Below are positions 31,506-46,444 of a DNA stretch of 64,000 bases, piece by piece. The notes below the pieces were generated by a model, which was given only the letters and a program-made list of their open reading frames with translations, had not been told where the DNA came from and did no database searches. Numbering within the stretch: the first letter of the stretch is position 1; each line of letters starts with the position of its first letter. The translations under genes were made by a program, and so were the position numbers. Source of the stretch: the human T2T-CHM13v2.0 reference genome, Homo sapiens; NCBI RefSeq assembly GCF_009914755.1, contig NC_060932.1; one strand, written 5' to 3'.

Positions 31506-32337
31506 TTTTTCTTTCTTTTTGTTTCCCCTTTTTTCAATTTTTTTCTTTTTTTGTTTTGTTTTTCATTTTGATATTTCTTTATTTCTAAGAGGAAAGAGCA
31601 TGTACCCAGAGAAGCTAAATATTTTGCTCAAGGTGACTTTGCCAGGGAACGGCGGGCCTGGGCCTGTGACCTCAGGGTTCTCCCGGTACAGCATTTTTTC
31701 ATAATAATGAAATCCTCTGAGTTCTACTTTTGAAGTTTTCTTTGTGAGGTTTAACATATTGTATTGGTGTTCCGACTTCAAATTGTGTATTAGCTGGATT
31801 TAAAATGAACTTGTCATTGAAGCATCTAGTGCGATATCCAGTATACAGTTGACATTAAAAAGTATTTTGCTGGCTGAATGACTATCTTGTGGATAACTTG
31901 CCCTAATCTGCAAGAAAAAGATGGAGAAACAGTACTGACAAAAATTAGCAAACAAGAAAATGGGGGGCAGGGAAAGCAGAAAATGGATATTGCTAAAAAT
32001 TTCAGAAAAAGAGAGTTCAGCTACTTATTTTCCTCCGAATATATTTAGATGTGGTTATCGCTTTTACATATTATAAGCATATTTTCATGCCCAAAATTGC
32101 TTTTTTAGTGTTTAAATATTTCCTATTTATTTGTCCAACAGATATGATTGGGTGCCTGCTTTGGGCCAGGCCATGTTTAGAATGCAGAACATAGCATCAG
32201 TGAACCAAAAAAAACCCTAATTTCATGGAATTTATAAACTCACTGGGAGAGACAAGCCATAAATAACTCTAGCCAAATACTGAAAAGAAACTCTTTATTG
32301 TTTTCATGTTTTGCACAATAGCGCAAAAATACAGCAG

Positions 32338-33005
32338 TGTTAGGTAGAGTCTGGGAGGGAAAACCCCATCAGTTATGTTAACAGAGAAAATTTAATATAA
32401 GGAATTGATTAGACAGATATTAGAGGACAAGCAATGCAAAGAGGGAACAAATGAGGCAGGATGGCAAGAACAACAGCAGGAAGCAGCTGCCCCTGTGCTG
32501 AGGGGACAAAGAGAAGAAAATGAGCTTCTCAGAACCTAGAAGCTTGGACGAGGGGTCCCCAGAGCTGGGACCCAGACTCCCGTGGAGGCGGGGCTGGCTG
32601 GCTGGTGCGGAGACTTTGAGAGCTCAGAGGAGAGTCCCTGAGGAGTTGGGAGGCAGATCTCTTGGGAGGAGACTTGCTTGTGGGCGAGGTGTCTTTTAGG
32701 GGTGTGCAAAAGAGCTAGTCCTGGGAAAGTGAAAGAAACTGGAAACTAACCGACTCCTATTGGAAACAAATGCCGCTGCCAGGGTGAAGGGCTGTTGCTG
32801 GCCAACTCTGGCAGGAACAGGAAGCAAACAGAGAGGAGCCGGTCCCCTCTCCCACCCTGTCCTTCCAGGCTCCCTATGGTGTCCCCTTGTCAGCAGAGAC
32901 ACTTAGTAAACTAGCAGTGCTGTTTACAGAGTCCCGCCCTCTCCACACAAAGCGGTGTGTAGGAGGGAGTGTTTGGAGGGGAGAGACAATGGCTTGATAA
33001 CAGGC
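32338..33005. mobile_element. Ancient LTR remnant (LTR78/79-like)
   Basis: aacagagaaaatttaatataaggaattg...ggaagcagctgcccct...cagaacctagaagc; family uncertain. Confidence 0.5.
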
Positions 33006-33099
33006 ATGGTCCCAAATACGCTAGGTGACAATGACTCTCATGTTCTGAAGCTAGTTGCTAGACTACCTCAGCAGGACTTGCAGAAGAAATGACTGAAAT

Positions 33100-33485
33100 G
33101 TTTTTTATTGTGGTAAAATATGCATAATATAAAAACGACCATTTAACCATTTTTAATTATATAACTCAGGGGCGTTAAATACATTAACAGTCTTGTGCAA
33201 CCATCACTATGATCCATCGTCAGAACTTTTTCATCTTCCCAAAGTGAACCTCCAGGCCATTTAAACACTAAGCCCCTTTTACCCTGACTCCCCAGGCCCT
33301 GGGAGCCACCATTCTGCTTTCTGTCTCTATGTAGCTGACTGTTCCAGGAACCTCACATGAGTGGAGTCATGCAGTGTTTGTCCTTTCATGTCTGGCTTAT
33401 TTCACTGAGCATAATGTCTTCCGGGTTTATCCGTGTTTGTGGCATGTGTCAGAATTGCATTGCTTTTTAAGGCTGAATAATATGA
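33100..33485 (-). mobile_element. L1MB-like 3' fragment
   Basis: tttattgtggtaaaatat...tgtgcaaccatcac...taaggctgaataata. Confidence 0.85.
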
Positions 33486-34168
33486 AATCTGGTTTTGTGA
33501 CCCTTAGTCCAACGCCCAGTTGGACACTGGGGAGAAGACGTATTTAGGAAGATTTTTTTTGGCATGCTCTGGGTGCCCCTTCCCTTGCCAGCACATGCAC
33601 AGCATCGTGGGAGAAGAGAAGGTATTTCTCCCCATCCTCAAGTCAAGTGACAGGGGCTTCAGGAGGACCACACAGAAAGCTGGATATGTGCCACTGCAGA
33701 TGAGATCTCAGACACAGTGGTCTGGACCAAGCTATGCCTGAAAAAATCTAAAGGCTGGTAGAAGCAATCTATGGCAGCAGAGAGTGGGTATTGCTTGGGA
33801 AGTAACTGCTACTTTCACTGAAGAGAGAACAAAGGCACTTGTTTTCCTTGGACTAGATGTGGGCCACGAAAGACAGGTGGCATTGGCTAGGATCTCATCT
33901 GGAGAGGTGAAGAGATGGCGGGTGAAACATGTTGGAGGTGTAGGGGTGGATGACATGGAACTGTCATAGGCAGCCAGCAGGACGGTGGATTATCCGTTTC
34001 AGAAAACTGCTGGTGAAAGGACTTCAGCCATAAGCGTCTGCACAGAGCCAGTGAAAGATTCCATGAGATCCACAAAACACTTCATGAATGAGAACAGCCT
34101 TTAGTTCCCACCGTGCCCAGAGATCACTGAACTCAGTTCACGCCAGTGCCAGTCGAAAAGAACATTTT

Positions 34169-34478
34169 GGCCATATGCGGTGGCTCATACCTGTAATCCT
34201 AGTACTTTGGGAGGCTGAGATGGGAGGATCGCTTAAGGCCAGGAGTTTCAGACCAGCCTGAGCATTATAGTGAGATGTCATCTCCAAAAATATATTAAAA
34301 TTTTTTTTTTAAAAAGCTAGGCATAGTGGCAAGCACTTGTAGTCCCAGCTACTCAGAAGGCTGAGGCGGGAGGATGGCTTGAGCCCAGGAATTCAAGGCT
34401 TCAGTGAGCCAAGATCGCACCGATGCTCTCCAGCCTGGGTGACAAGCAAGACCCTGTCCCTTAAAAAAGAAAAGAAAA
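34169..34478 (+). mobile_element. AluJ-like
   Basis: Alu dimer. Confidence 0.9.
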
Positions 34479-35745
34479 GGACTTTTCTGGCTCCCTAACC
34501 TCTCCTTGCCGGCTCCCTTCACCACCACCGTGACCCTGTCCCATTAACTACTGAGTTGGGAGTGAAGGATGCAACAAGAGAAGAAACCACCTTTCCCACT
34601 GCAAGCTTCTTGATAGCAGCAGGTCCAAGCTGGAGATGAGAAGTTTCAAATGGTGATGAAACGTGGAGCCTGGATTTTACACTGGACGGGGAATCAATTT
34701 CAGAAGTGAGAACGTTTTGTGACCTGGAGAGCATTTACTTACTATTGAAATTTATGAAAAATCTGTGGGCCTGCCTGAATTTCATTCAAGGGCAATGGAA
34801 GAATGAGCCCCAACAGAATAAGTTTCCAGGGATATGAAGTCACCTACAAGTCCTGCCTCGTTCCAGACAACAGGTTGGCCAATAGATGTTTCAAGTGGCG
34901 ATGAAGGCTGGAAGCAAAACGTGGCAGTCTGGAGTACTGCCTGCGTTGCAGTGAAAGTAATGTTGTGAGGTTGATGAAAAGTAAACGACTGCATTATTTG
35001 TAAAATAAAAGCATTTCACTTCTCTTGCATGAAAAGGGACAGGAGGCGGGACAGCAGCAGGCAGGGTTTTGTTTTGTTTTGTTTTTTTAAAGTAGCTCAC
35101 TTGGTTACACAGCTTGCTAGGTGCAGCTCTTCACGCCTGAGGTTGACAGGTGTTTTATGATCCCCTAAAAGATCATAAAGCTAAAGTTTTCAGATCAAAG
35201 GAAAACCAACAAATAGAGGCAGCAGCATTATTTGTGAAAGAACTTTGCCATAAAAGGAAGCAGGGAAGTTAGGGTTGAGACTGGATCATGGTCTGTGGTC
35301 ATACATAAGCAGTTTTTTTTTTTTTTAGTTGAGATATTGAAGTGTATTTTTACACTAATGGGGAAAATCGATGATTGAGAAGAGAGAGAAGAAAATTACA
35401 GGAGAGAAGCTGTTAATTGTCCAGAACATAGGATTCCATGTACGGCTAGGAGGGTTTGTATTATAGAAGTACAGATAGTTCATCCTCATCTCTCTTCCAG
35501 GAAGAAAGAGTATATGAGAAGAGATACAAATAGATTAGTAGATTTGCTGGTATAAGCCCATGGGAATCAAAGTGGTCCACTCCCCTGAACGATATACTTG
35601 ATATAGATAACAAATATTTTGTTGATCATGTAATTGTTGAACATATATAGACTGACCCCAGAATAAAATTTAGAACTTATTAATTGCTCCTTTCTTCTAA
35701 AAGTAGCAGGAAAGAAAAAAAAAAGCTTTTAAATTGATGTTTCTA

Positions 35746-36062
<317 letters not shown>

Positions 36063-36748
36063 ATTGATGCTTCTAGCTATTTGGGGGCATTCATTCCTTC
36101 AATTGATGATAATCCACCACCACCATATTTGCCAGATATGGTGACAGACATTACGGATAAAGAGATGAGACACGTATGGTCATTGTCCATAAAGAGTAAA
36201 AGTTGGGGGCAATAAACAAGCATCAACAAATGAATACGATAATATTTTCTCAGTTCTATATGAGCCATGGTTGCTGATTACAAGCAACAGAAACTGACTC
36301 GTGATCTTTGGACTGATCAGGAATTTATTGAAATATGAAGGACATAGAAAGCCAGAGAACTAGACTTGGAAAATAAATGTGCCCCAGGGAAGCTCCACCA
36401 TGCCAAGAGTCTTAGGTACAACAGTCAGTCGGACCAGGACCCAGTGCCACTGCTGAGCTCCTGCTGCCACCCTCGGCACCTGCCCTAGTTCTCCTTTGGG
36501 AGGTCTATGTATAACAAAGCCACTTTCCCAGCTCCGAAGATTTTCCACATGCAGCTTAACTGAGCCTTTTAGAGACCATTTCACCATCGTAAAAGGCAAG
36601 GGATTTTTAGGTGAGGAAGACATGGTAGGATTAGTAATAGGGCATTGTTTATGCTTTACTTTTTTTTTTTTCACTATAAAGTGAATTTCTTGGTCAGCAG
36701 CAACGTTGTGTGAGATACTATATATTAGTTACATTAACATAGCATATG

Positions 36749-36900
36749 GGCCGGGTGCAGTGGCTCGTGCCTATAATCTCAGCACTTTGGGAGGCAGAAG
36801 CGGGCGGATCACTTGAGGTCAGGAGTTTGAGACCAGCCTGGGTAATATAGTAAAACCCTGTCTCTACTAAAAATACAAAAAATAAAAAATAAAATAAAAA
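36749..36900 (+). mobile_element. Alu left monomer
   Basis: Left arm followed by A-rich tail. Confidence 0.85.
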
Positions 36901-37711
36901 TAACATATCAGTACAGATTTCTGTAAAAAGTGGCATATTCAAAAGATGTTACTGAAGAGAGTTTAGTAAAAGGCCCGTTCACAAAGTGTCAGCAAGGTTA
37001 AGAAAACTAACCAGGGATGGCAAAGCATCCTGGGGTTAGCACTGACAGGATTACCATCCTTAGCCTGAAAGGGAAAGCGGAAAGACTGGATTCCAGAACT
37101 TGGCATGACTTTAAACCCAGGAAAGAGCTGCCCAGCATCAGCTCTGACCTGCAGGCAAAGGACAAAGCCATTGTTCAACCCAGACCTATCTGGGAGGGAG
37201 TTGGGGTAATACATTAACTTGACCTCTGCTCCTGCTGCCTCCTCCCAAATCCTGCCTATGCCTGCTCATGCCCCAGATGGAGGCCTGAGGGCAAAGAAAC
37301 TTCCTTGGAGAGCCTCCTGGAGGTGCTGCTAGCAGATGGTGTTGCAAATAGAAGCATGGTGGGCAAAGAGAAAATTCAAATGCAGATTAAATGTCTACTC
37401 TATTGAATCCCTCTCCAGTTGCTGCCCTCTCCAGGTTGGAAGGTGACCCCAGACAATCAGCCTGCTGTCAGACAGATGGCTGATTCCCTTGAAGCTTTGC
37501 ATAATGCCATGGGCTCAGGGTTTATTACTAATGCTGGTCGATGGAGCACTCAGCAGTGCCAATCACAAGATCAGCCTGGAGAGGAGAGGAATGTGTTACT
37601 GTGCACACAGATAACCGTCAACCTGTTCACGACCCCAGTGGAGCAAGCCCTAGAGTGTCAAGCAAGGAAGTCACCATGACCATCTTATTTTCTTGAGTTA
37701 AAAATATTCTT

Positions 37712-38011
<300 letters not shown>

Positions 38012-38023
38012 CTATATTCTTGC

Positions 38024-38783
<760 letters not shown>

Positions 38784-38785
38784 GA

Positions 38786-38809
38786 GAGATAGACAGATGA
38801 TAGATAGAT

Positions 38810-38852
<43 letters not shown>
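38786..38852. repeat. (GATA)n compound tetranucleotide STR
   Basis: gatagacagatgatagatagatg(atag)n. Confidence 0.97.
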
Positions 38853-39707
38853 TCTTGCACTATGAGCAATTCTGAGAAGTTCATTTATATGACTCTTCTC
38901 CAGATTGTTTCTGTGTCACTAACCAGCCAATATAGTAGCCACTGCAGGGCATGAAACAGGCCTACTTGCTACACCTTAGTTATCTTTAACCAAGACATAC
39001 ACAGCGTCTCAACTCTGGTTAGGCCACCACTGAGTCCAGGTTTTGATTTGACAGATGAGCAAGCTCCTAGAACTGCATTCAGTCGCCCAGGTTGGCACGT
39101 GGAGTCCAGACTCCCTGGTAAGCTCACCCATGTTAATAAACTCAATATAGTCTATAATTACATTTCTCTCTCTTTGGCAGTCACCTGCAGAATCTGTATG
39201 CGTGGATACTTACCCCAGATCTTTGCCTTCTAAATTCAATGGGCTGTAAATCTTCTGGTGTGTAAACCTTCTGGGTTTGACTTTGTAATATTTTTTCTCT
39301 GGAACATGCAGGAAAGTGGCCAGTTACAGACTTGGGGACACTGAGAAGGGGAGGGAACGTGGTGGTGTGGAATGGGCTGAGCTCTCTCCCTCTTACAGGA
39401 AACTCCCTCTGGCGGGGGAATGGCAGGCCTATGAGGAAGTAAGCGTTGTCCTTTTCAGGGGAGTGACCTAGTGCTGCATCCAAAAATTCTCATTCCTGTT
39501 CTCAGGGCCCAGTTTTGACCCCTGCAGGCAATGCCCTGACTTTCGCATAAAGTATGTGGGGAGGCTGTGAATTCAAGTAATTTGGCAGCCTATAGATTCT
39601 CAGTAACCTAGAGTTTATATTTCAGCTGCCTTAGCACTACAGCTTCAAGAGATAAGACAATCAAGCCTGTGTCGAGTTAAGAATTAAATGGGAGGTTGCA
39701 GTGAGCC

Positions 39708-39784
39708 AATATCATGCCACTGCACTCCAGGCTGGGCGACAGGATAAGACTCCATCTCAAAATAAAAAAAAATAAAAAAATAAA
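39708..39784 (+). mobile_element. Alu 3' fragment
   Basis: ggaggttgcagtgagcc...ctccatctcaaaa. Confidence 0.85.
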
Positions 39785-40347
39785 GGTTTGTGTTTCTTTT
39801 TTCTTAAGCTCATTCAAATGCCTTCCTGCCTTCTTGAATTCCTCATGCCCTTGGTAGCATTCTCCAGTGAGAACGATGTTAACTCCCAAAGCCTTGCCCT
39901 ACTTGGGTACCTAATTCCTGCAACTACAGGTGATTAGTTAATGAGCTTTCTGCTACCGTACACCATTGGTTGTCAGAGTCCCATTCTGGACTTAATGATG
40001 TTTTTCAGAATCTTCATATTTATCTTGGAATGGCCGGAACAATGACCAACACATTTTTTAAAATTTAGTTAAAATTGTGAATTGCAGGCAACAGAAAGGA
40101 ATTCTGGATATCTTAAGCAGAGAAAACATTTTCTGGAATACAGTAGGGACTGTACAGAATCAAGAGAACCTCGGCTGGAAAATGGGTTTGAACCCTGATC
40201 GTCTGAGAAGGACAAGGGCCCCTTTTAGTGAGAGTGATGTGGCCAGGACACTGTCACCCCGCCTGTGCCTTTGAATGACCCGTTTTGCATTCAGAGCCCA
40301 GGATGAGAGTTCATGGTTGATTGAATCTAGGTCATAGGGCCAGGCAT

Positions 40348-40760
40348 CTATATTTGTTTCCCGGGGCTGCTGTAATAAATGACCACAAAGTGGGTGGCTG
40401 AAAACAACAGAAATGTATTCTCTTGCAGCTCAGGAGGCCAGACGTCCTAAATGAAGTTGTCAGCGGGGCCTGCTCCCTTTGAATTCTCCACAGGAAAATT
40501 CCTCCTTGCCTCCTCCAATTCCCGGTGGGCCCAGGCACTCTTTGGCTTGTGCTAGTGTAACTCCAATTTCTGCCTTCTGTCTTCTCTCCTGTCTATTATA
40601 AGGACACTTGTCATTGGCATGTAGGGTCCACCCAGATAACCCAGGATGATCTCGCCTTGAAATCTTTAATTACATCTATAAACCCTTTTTTCCAAATAAG
40701 GTCATATTCCCAGGTTCCAGAGGTTAGGATGTGGGCATGTCATGGTGTGACTACACCATC
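40348..40760 (-). mobile_element. MLT1 (B/C-like) MaLR LTR
   Basis: ggctgctgtaataaat.accacaaa.tgggtggct.aaaacaacagaaat...tttccaaataaggtca. Confidence 0.85.
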
Positions 40761-41157
40761 TCACGGGACGGGGAGTGGGCAAAGCTCCCTGCTCCCGTGT
40801 CTATGGTGAGAGGCAAGGTTCTGCATCCCCCCAGCACTGCACACTACAGAGTTGAGTAGAAAATGCCGTGAGATATTAAAGCCAAAATAAACCAAGATTG
40901 CAATCACAGCACTAGTGCCAAAGCCTACCATATAACACAGGAGAGATAAAAGAGAGCACAGGAGACGAATCCTACATGGGACACAAGAAAAGCTTCGTGA
41001 CACAAGCTGAACCTTCGAAGATACTTGGGTGTGTTAGGTGGTGTAGAGGAGAAAGGAAATTCCAGGCAGAGAGGGAACAGACAAGCAAAAAGCATGAAGG
41101 TATCAAATGTCCAAAGCATTCAGGGAATTTCAAGCCCGGATGGAAGAGCAGTGGCAC

Positions 41158-41539
41158 TAGATAAGGAGCTTGTGCTGAAATATAAATCCAGGAAGTCACT
41201 ATGCGAATTCTTTTTTGTTTGTTTGTTTGTGTTTCTTTGATCACTGCAAGAGTTTCTCCATGATAGAAGCAACACATTGATTTAGATAAGGAGCTTGTGC
41301 TGGAATATAAATCCACGAAGTCACTATGCGGATTCCTTTTCTGGTGGTTTTGTTTTTTTGTTTGTTTGTTTCTTTGATCACTGCAAGAGTTTCTCCATAA
41401 TAGAAGCAACACATTGATTTAGAAAAGGAGCTTGTGCTGGAATATAAATCCACGAAGTCACTCTGCGGATTCCTTTTTCTTTGATTTCTTTGATCACTGC
41501 AAGAGTTTCTCTCCATGATAGAAACAACACGTTGATTTA
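41158..41539. repeat. Tandem triplication (125/137/118 bp) with variable internal T/G-rich tract
   Basis: Units 41158-41282, 41283-41419, 41420-41537. Confidence 0.95.
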
Positions 41540-41859
41540 CACTCTGGTGCAAAGTCCTCCTCTCGTTGTCACAGAGAAGTCATTGGCTGGCTACTTCAAA
41601 TGGTGCTGGCAGAGCACAGGGTGTGAATTGGGGGTGGGACATCATGAGCAAAGATGCAGATCAGATTGTGGGGGGCTTTAGGCGACATGCTCAGGTATTT
41701 GGACTTTCTCTTTAGAGCTGGAGAGTGATACAATGGTGACACAGAGGGTGACTTTTAGGACTTGAGTGTGACGGCACGGAGCATTGGAGATTGGAGACCA
41801 TTATATTATCTGTTTCCCCAAACTCAGTTCTTTATTCCAGTATTGGTTTATTTTTGCTT

Positions 41860-42153
41860 TCCTTTCTTTCTTTTATTTATTTATTTATTTATTTTTGATA
41901 GAAACAGGGTCTCGCTCTATTGCCCAGGCTGGAGTGCAGTGTTGTGATCATACCTCACTGCAGCCTCAACCTCCTGGGCTCAAGTGATCATCCAGCCTCA
42001 GTCTCCTGAGTAGCTAGGACTATAGGCATGCACCACCACACCCGGCTATTTTTCAATCTTTTTAGAGACAAGAATCTCATTAAGTTGCCCAGGCTTATCT
42101 CAAACATCTGGCCTCAAGTGATCATCCTGCCTCAGCCTCCCAAAGCCAGTGTT
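41860..42153 (-). mobile_element. AluJ-like
   Basis: Antisense Alu dimer. Confidence 0.9.
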
Positions 42154-42662
42154 GGGAGGTGACAACGTTTTCATCAATCTGTAGTGAAATGAGAAAATTA
42201 AACATGATATAGTCAGTTCTTCATAAATTCTGTTCAATTTCAAAGGACTCTCCTTTGGTTTGAGATCATGACCTCCTAAATTTTATGAGGGTAAAATTGT
42301 CCATTTGTCTGTGAAATTATGGTAATAGTAAATAGTAGGCTTTACAATATCTGTATCTATCTATTATATCTATCTGTCTACATACCTCTCCATGTCTTTG
42401 CCCTCAAGTAAAAAATCAGCTGGTCCCTCTAGTTCTCCAGTTGTCCCTTTGAGATTTTTCTGGACTGTGCAATCTGCAAGAGTGGGAAATCCTGGACCAG
42501 GTGAGGACTTAACCCCAGGCAGAGGTGATAGGGAAGGGGCAGGGTTACTCACAAGAGGGATATGATGGAGCTGGAATCCACACCATGAGATCCTTGACAG
42601 ACCAGATTCTACTATGCTTTGCATACACATGGACTCTGTCTGAAATTCAAATACATAATCAG

Positions 42663-42970
<308 letters not shown>

Positions 42971-42991
42971 TTATTTAGTTTATTTTTTTAG

Positions 42992-44607
42992 TACAGGTTG
43001 GATATTTCTAGTCTGAAATTCCAAATCTGAAATGCTCAAAAATTTGAAACTTTTTGAGTGACCACATGATGCCACAAGTGGAAGTCACGCCTGACTTCAT
43101 GTGACTGGTTGCAGTCAAAATGCAGCCACAGGACACATGATTTCTTCAGCTTCTCCAAGGGACAAAAGGCCCTTCCACTCCTCTTCGGATGCTATCTATG
43201 TTTTCCTCGCATGCCCAGATTTCCCCATGCGAGCACACTAACAAAGTGTAATAAAATGGCATGTGTTCAGGCACCAACCACGGGTTCCCCACGATGCCCC
43301 ACATGGGGCCAAGAGCTGCGTGCATTACTCAGTGTGGTCTTTTGCTTATTTCCTGCTCTGTGGTGTAAAGATATTGTTGAAAATGTCAAAAAGACCTGCA
43401 GATACCCCTATGAGTAACACTGATGAGAAAAAGGAAGCATTTATGTAGTAGTGATGATGAAGATGACATTGTCAACACTGCAGAAAAAGTGCCTGTCGAT
43501 GGCATGGTGAAAGGGTGCAATGGGCTTATTTAAGGACTAGAGCAGTGTGCAGCCATAACACAAGAAATCATGTCAGTTTATAAAATCAAAGAGAGAGTTC
43601 CAAGACAAAAAAAAAAATTCTTAATGAGGCAGGTGACTCTGGAGGAAATATTTTTTAAAAGCCATCTAGCAGGCTGGGTACAGTGGCTCATGCCTGTAAT
43701 CCCAGCACTTTGGGTGGCTGAGGAGGGCAGATTACCTGAGGTCAGGAGTTTGAGACCAGCCTGACCAACACGGTGAAATCCCATCTCTACTAAAATTACA
43801 GAAATTAGCTGAGCGTTGTGGCAGGTGCCTGTAATCTCAGCTGCTCAGGAGGCTGAGGCAGGACAATCGCTTGAATCCAGGAGGCGGAGGTAGCAGTGAG
43901 CCAAGATGGTGTCACTGCACTCTAGCCTGGGCAACAGAGCAAGACGCCGTCTCAAAATAATAATAATAATAAAACCCTTCTAGCAGAATGTCTCCTCATC
44001 CCTAGAGGCCCCTCTTTTTGGTCCCTCAACTGCTTCTGATGTTGCTTCTTGCCTCAAAAAATAAAATACAGGGTACAGTAGCCTTTTAATCAAAACATAG
44101 CATTGCAGATGGAGACAGAAAGCGTGCTCTTATTTGTTGCTGTTAACAGCTGACACAGGTATCTCATGTTGTGCTGCTTGGCTACCCTGAACACTTTTTT
44201 TAAAAAACTGTATTAATGATATGTCCTATTTTTACTGTTAAGTATTTAAGTGTGAATAAGTATATGAACATGATTGCTTATCAGAAGCATATAAATTTAG
44301 AGTCAGGAATGATGGTGAGGTCACACAACCGCAGATTGTCCACATGGGTGGCTGAGATAGTGACGCCTTTTCTTTCTGATGGTTCAGTGTACACAAACTT
44401 TGCTTCATGCCCAAAATTATTAAAAATGTGGTATAAAATTACCCTCAGGCTATGTATATAAGGTATTATGAAACAACCATGAATTTTGTGTTTAGACTTG
44501 GGTCTCATCTCTAAGAAATGTCATTCTGTCTATGCAAATCTTCTAAAATCCAAAATACGAAACACTTCTGGTCCCAAGCACTTTGGTTAAGGGATACTCA
44601 AACTGTA
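42992..44607 (+). mobile_element. Tigger4 (Zombi) DNA transposon, internally deleted, with AluS insert (43672-43972)
   Basis: TA-flanked ends tacaggttg...ctcaaactgta; transposase start MSKRPADTPM joined to C-terminal remnant; Alu TSD ...tctagcag. Confidence 0.85.
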
Positions 44608-45233
44608 ATAACCCCATGAGTGCCTCTTTGGGAGCAATTGTGTTACACTAATATATAATTCATCGTCACGTTTCCCCTTAATTCAGCCTTAGAAAAATCA
44701 TTAGGTGACTTACAGCTTTATGGTTGAAAACCATGATCTTCATTTAAAAGCTCTTTCTTGAGCAACCTTTTTTGAGTAAAATGACTTTGGGATTACTTGT
44801 CCTCCATCCTGCCTAAACCTTCTTTCCTGGGAGAAAAGAGGATGAGTAATACACATTCCACTCCTTCTCTGGAAGTGCCTTTCGTATGTAATAGCAGAGC
44901 AGTCTTCTTCCACGGTACTATTTTGGGGGACCTATTGCTTTTATCTCAACAAAACTGACAGCTGTTTTTGTCAAACTGACACCAGCAGCCAATGCCTAGG
45001 GGAAGCCGGGCGCTATATTTTCATTTTTCTTCACTCTCGTGTTTGATTTTCTTGTTCATTTCTGACATTCTCTCATCTACAAAACCAAAATGAATTGTAA
45101 TATAGTTGCAATGAACATGGCCTTGTCATTGTCTGTGGAGGGATGGCCTTTGGTAACTGATCTCATGACCAATATTAAGCTGTGAGCTCTCTTTTCCGAA
45201 TTTTTACATTATCCTCTTACAACCACCTCCCTC

Positions 45234-45275
<42 letters not shown>

Positions 45276-45283
45276 CTCTCTCA
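45234..45283. repeat. (CA)n(CT)n microsatellite
   Basis: Direct reading. Confidence 0.97.
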
Positions 45284-46140
45284 CACTCCCCACCCAGATG
45301 TTATCATGTTCATTTCCCCTATTTCGTTTTGGGGGCTAATATCCTACTCTTAGTGAACAGTTCATTTAGACACATACTCCTTGACATTTTTCGAGGAAAA
45401 CAAAGTGCTCTCAGGGAGTATTTGATCTCTTTCCGCTAAGATAAACGCCCCTCACGTTGTTCACTTTCTTTCATCATGTTTATCGGGGGTAACTTTCTAG
45501 TCCCTGATGGGATTCCAGAGAGGATCGTATTCTCCCGGTGCAACATATTTTGTTGTTTTGAAGCTCTGAATTTGTTCTGCTCATAGGATTTCAAGGAGAG
45601 ATGCCAGCTGTTCCTTTCCTTAGCATTTCCATTGTAATCTCTCTGGTGTATCATTAAGGAGTTCTGTGTAGAGGAGAAAATATTTATGAAGCTGTTTTAC
45701 TGGCTCATTATTCAAAGGGAGTTGGAACCAGAGTCAAAGTGTCACCCCAATCTAGAAAAGCTAATATTGCTTGCTGTCTATACTTTTGTATCCACCCGTC
45801 ATATGCTTACCCCAGGCTGTGCTTATTCAGCTCTTATTCTGTGTTACTCCTGAATTAGTCTGTAGCTTTGAGACAGTACGGACCACCCATCTTTGTTTGT
45901 CTTACAGCTACCAAAGCATCTGTAGCCTAGTAGGTGCTTAGTCAACATTTCTCAAATTAAATTTAGTTATAGTAGAGCTCTATCATACATGGCTAGCCTC
46001 TCCTCTAATGCTGACATCTATGGGACTTAAGAGTTTGTGATCCTTCCTCCTCTAGTTTCATTTATTTTCTTACTGTGTGTATTCTCTTTTGATTTAATAA
46101 ACTCTAATGTCCCTAATGGGCTATGTACTAGATTAATGAT

Positions 46141-46444
46141 TTTTTTTTAATTTAATTTTTTTGAGATGGAGTCTCACTCTGTCACCCAGGCTTGAGTGCT
46201 GTGGCGTGATCTTGGCTCACTGCAACCTCCGCCTCCCAGGTTCAAATGGATTCTCCTGCCTCAGCCTCCTGAGCAGCTGGGATTACAGGCAGGTGTTACC
46301 GCACCTGGCTAATTTTTGTAATTTTAGTAGAGACGGGGTTTCACCATGTTGGACAAGCTGGTCTTAAACTCCTGACCTCAGGTGATCTGCCTATCCCGGC
46401 CTCCCAAAGTGCTGGGATTACAGGCATGAGCCACTGTGCCCAGT
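46141..46444 (-). mobile_element. AluS (donor side of inverted duplication)
   Basis: Antisense Alu; TSD-like aatgat on both sides. Confidence 0.92.

Noticed and set aside
41158-41539. CRISPR-like repeat/spacer array
   Set aside because: Repeats are ~100 bp, the variable parts are related T/G-rich tracts rather than unique spacers, there are no cas genes, and the context is primate.
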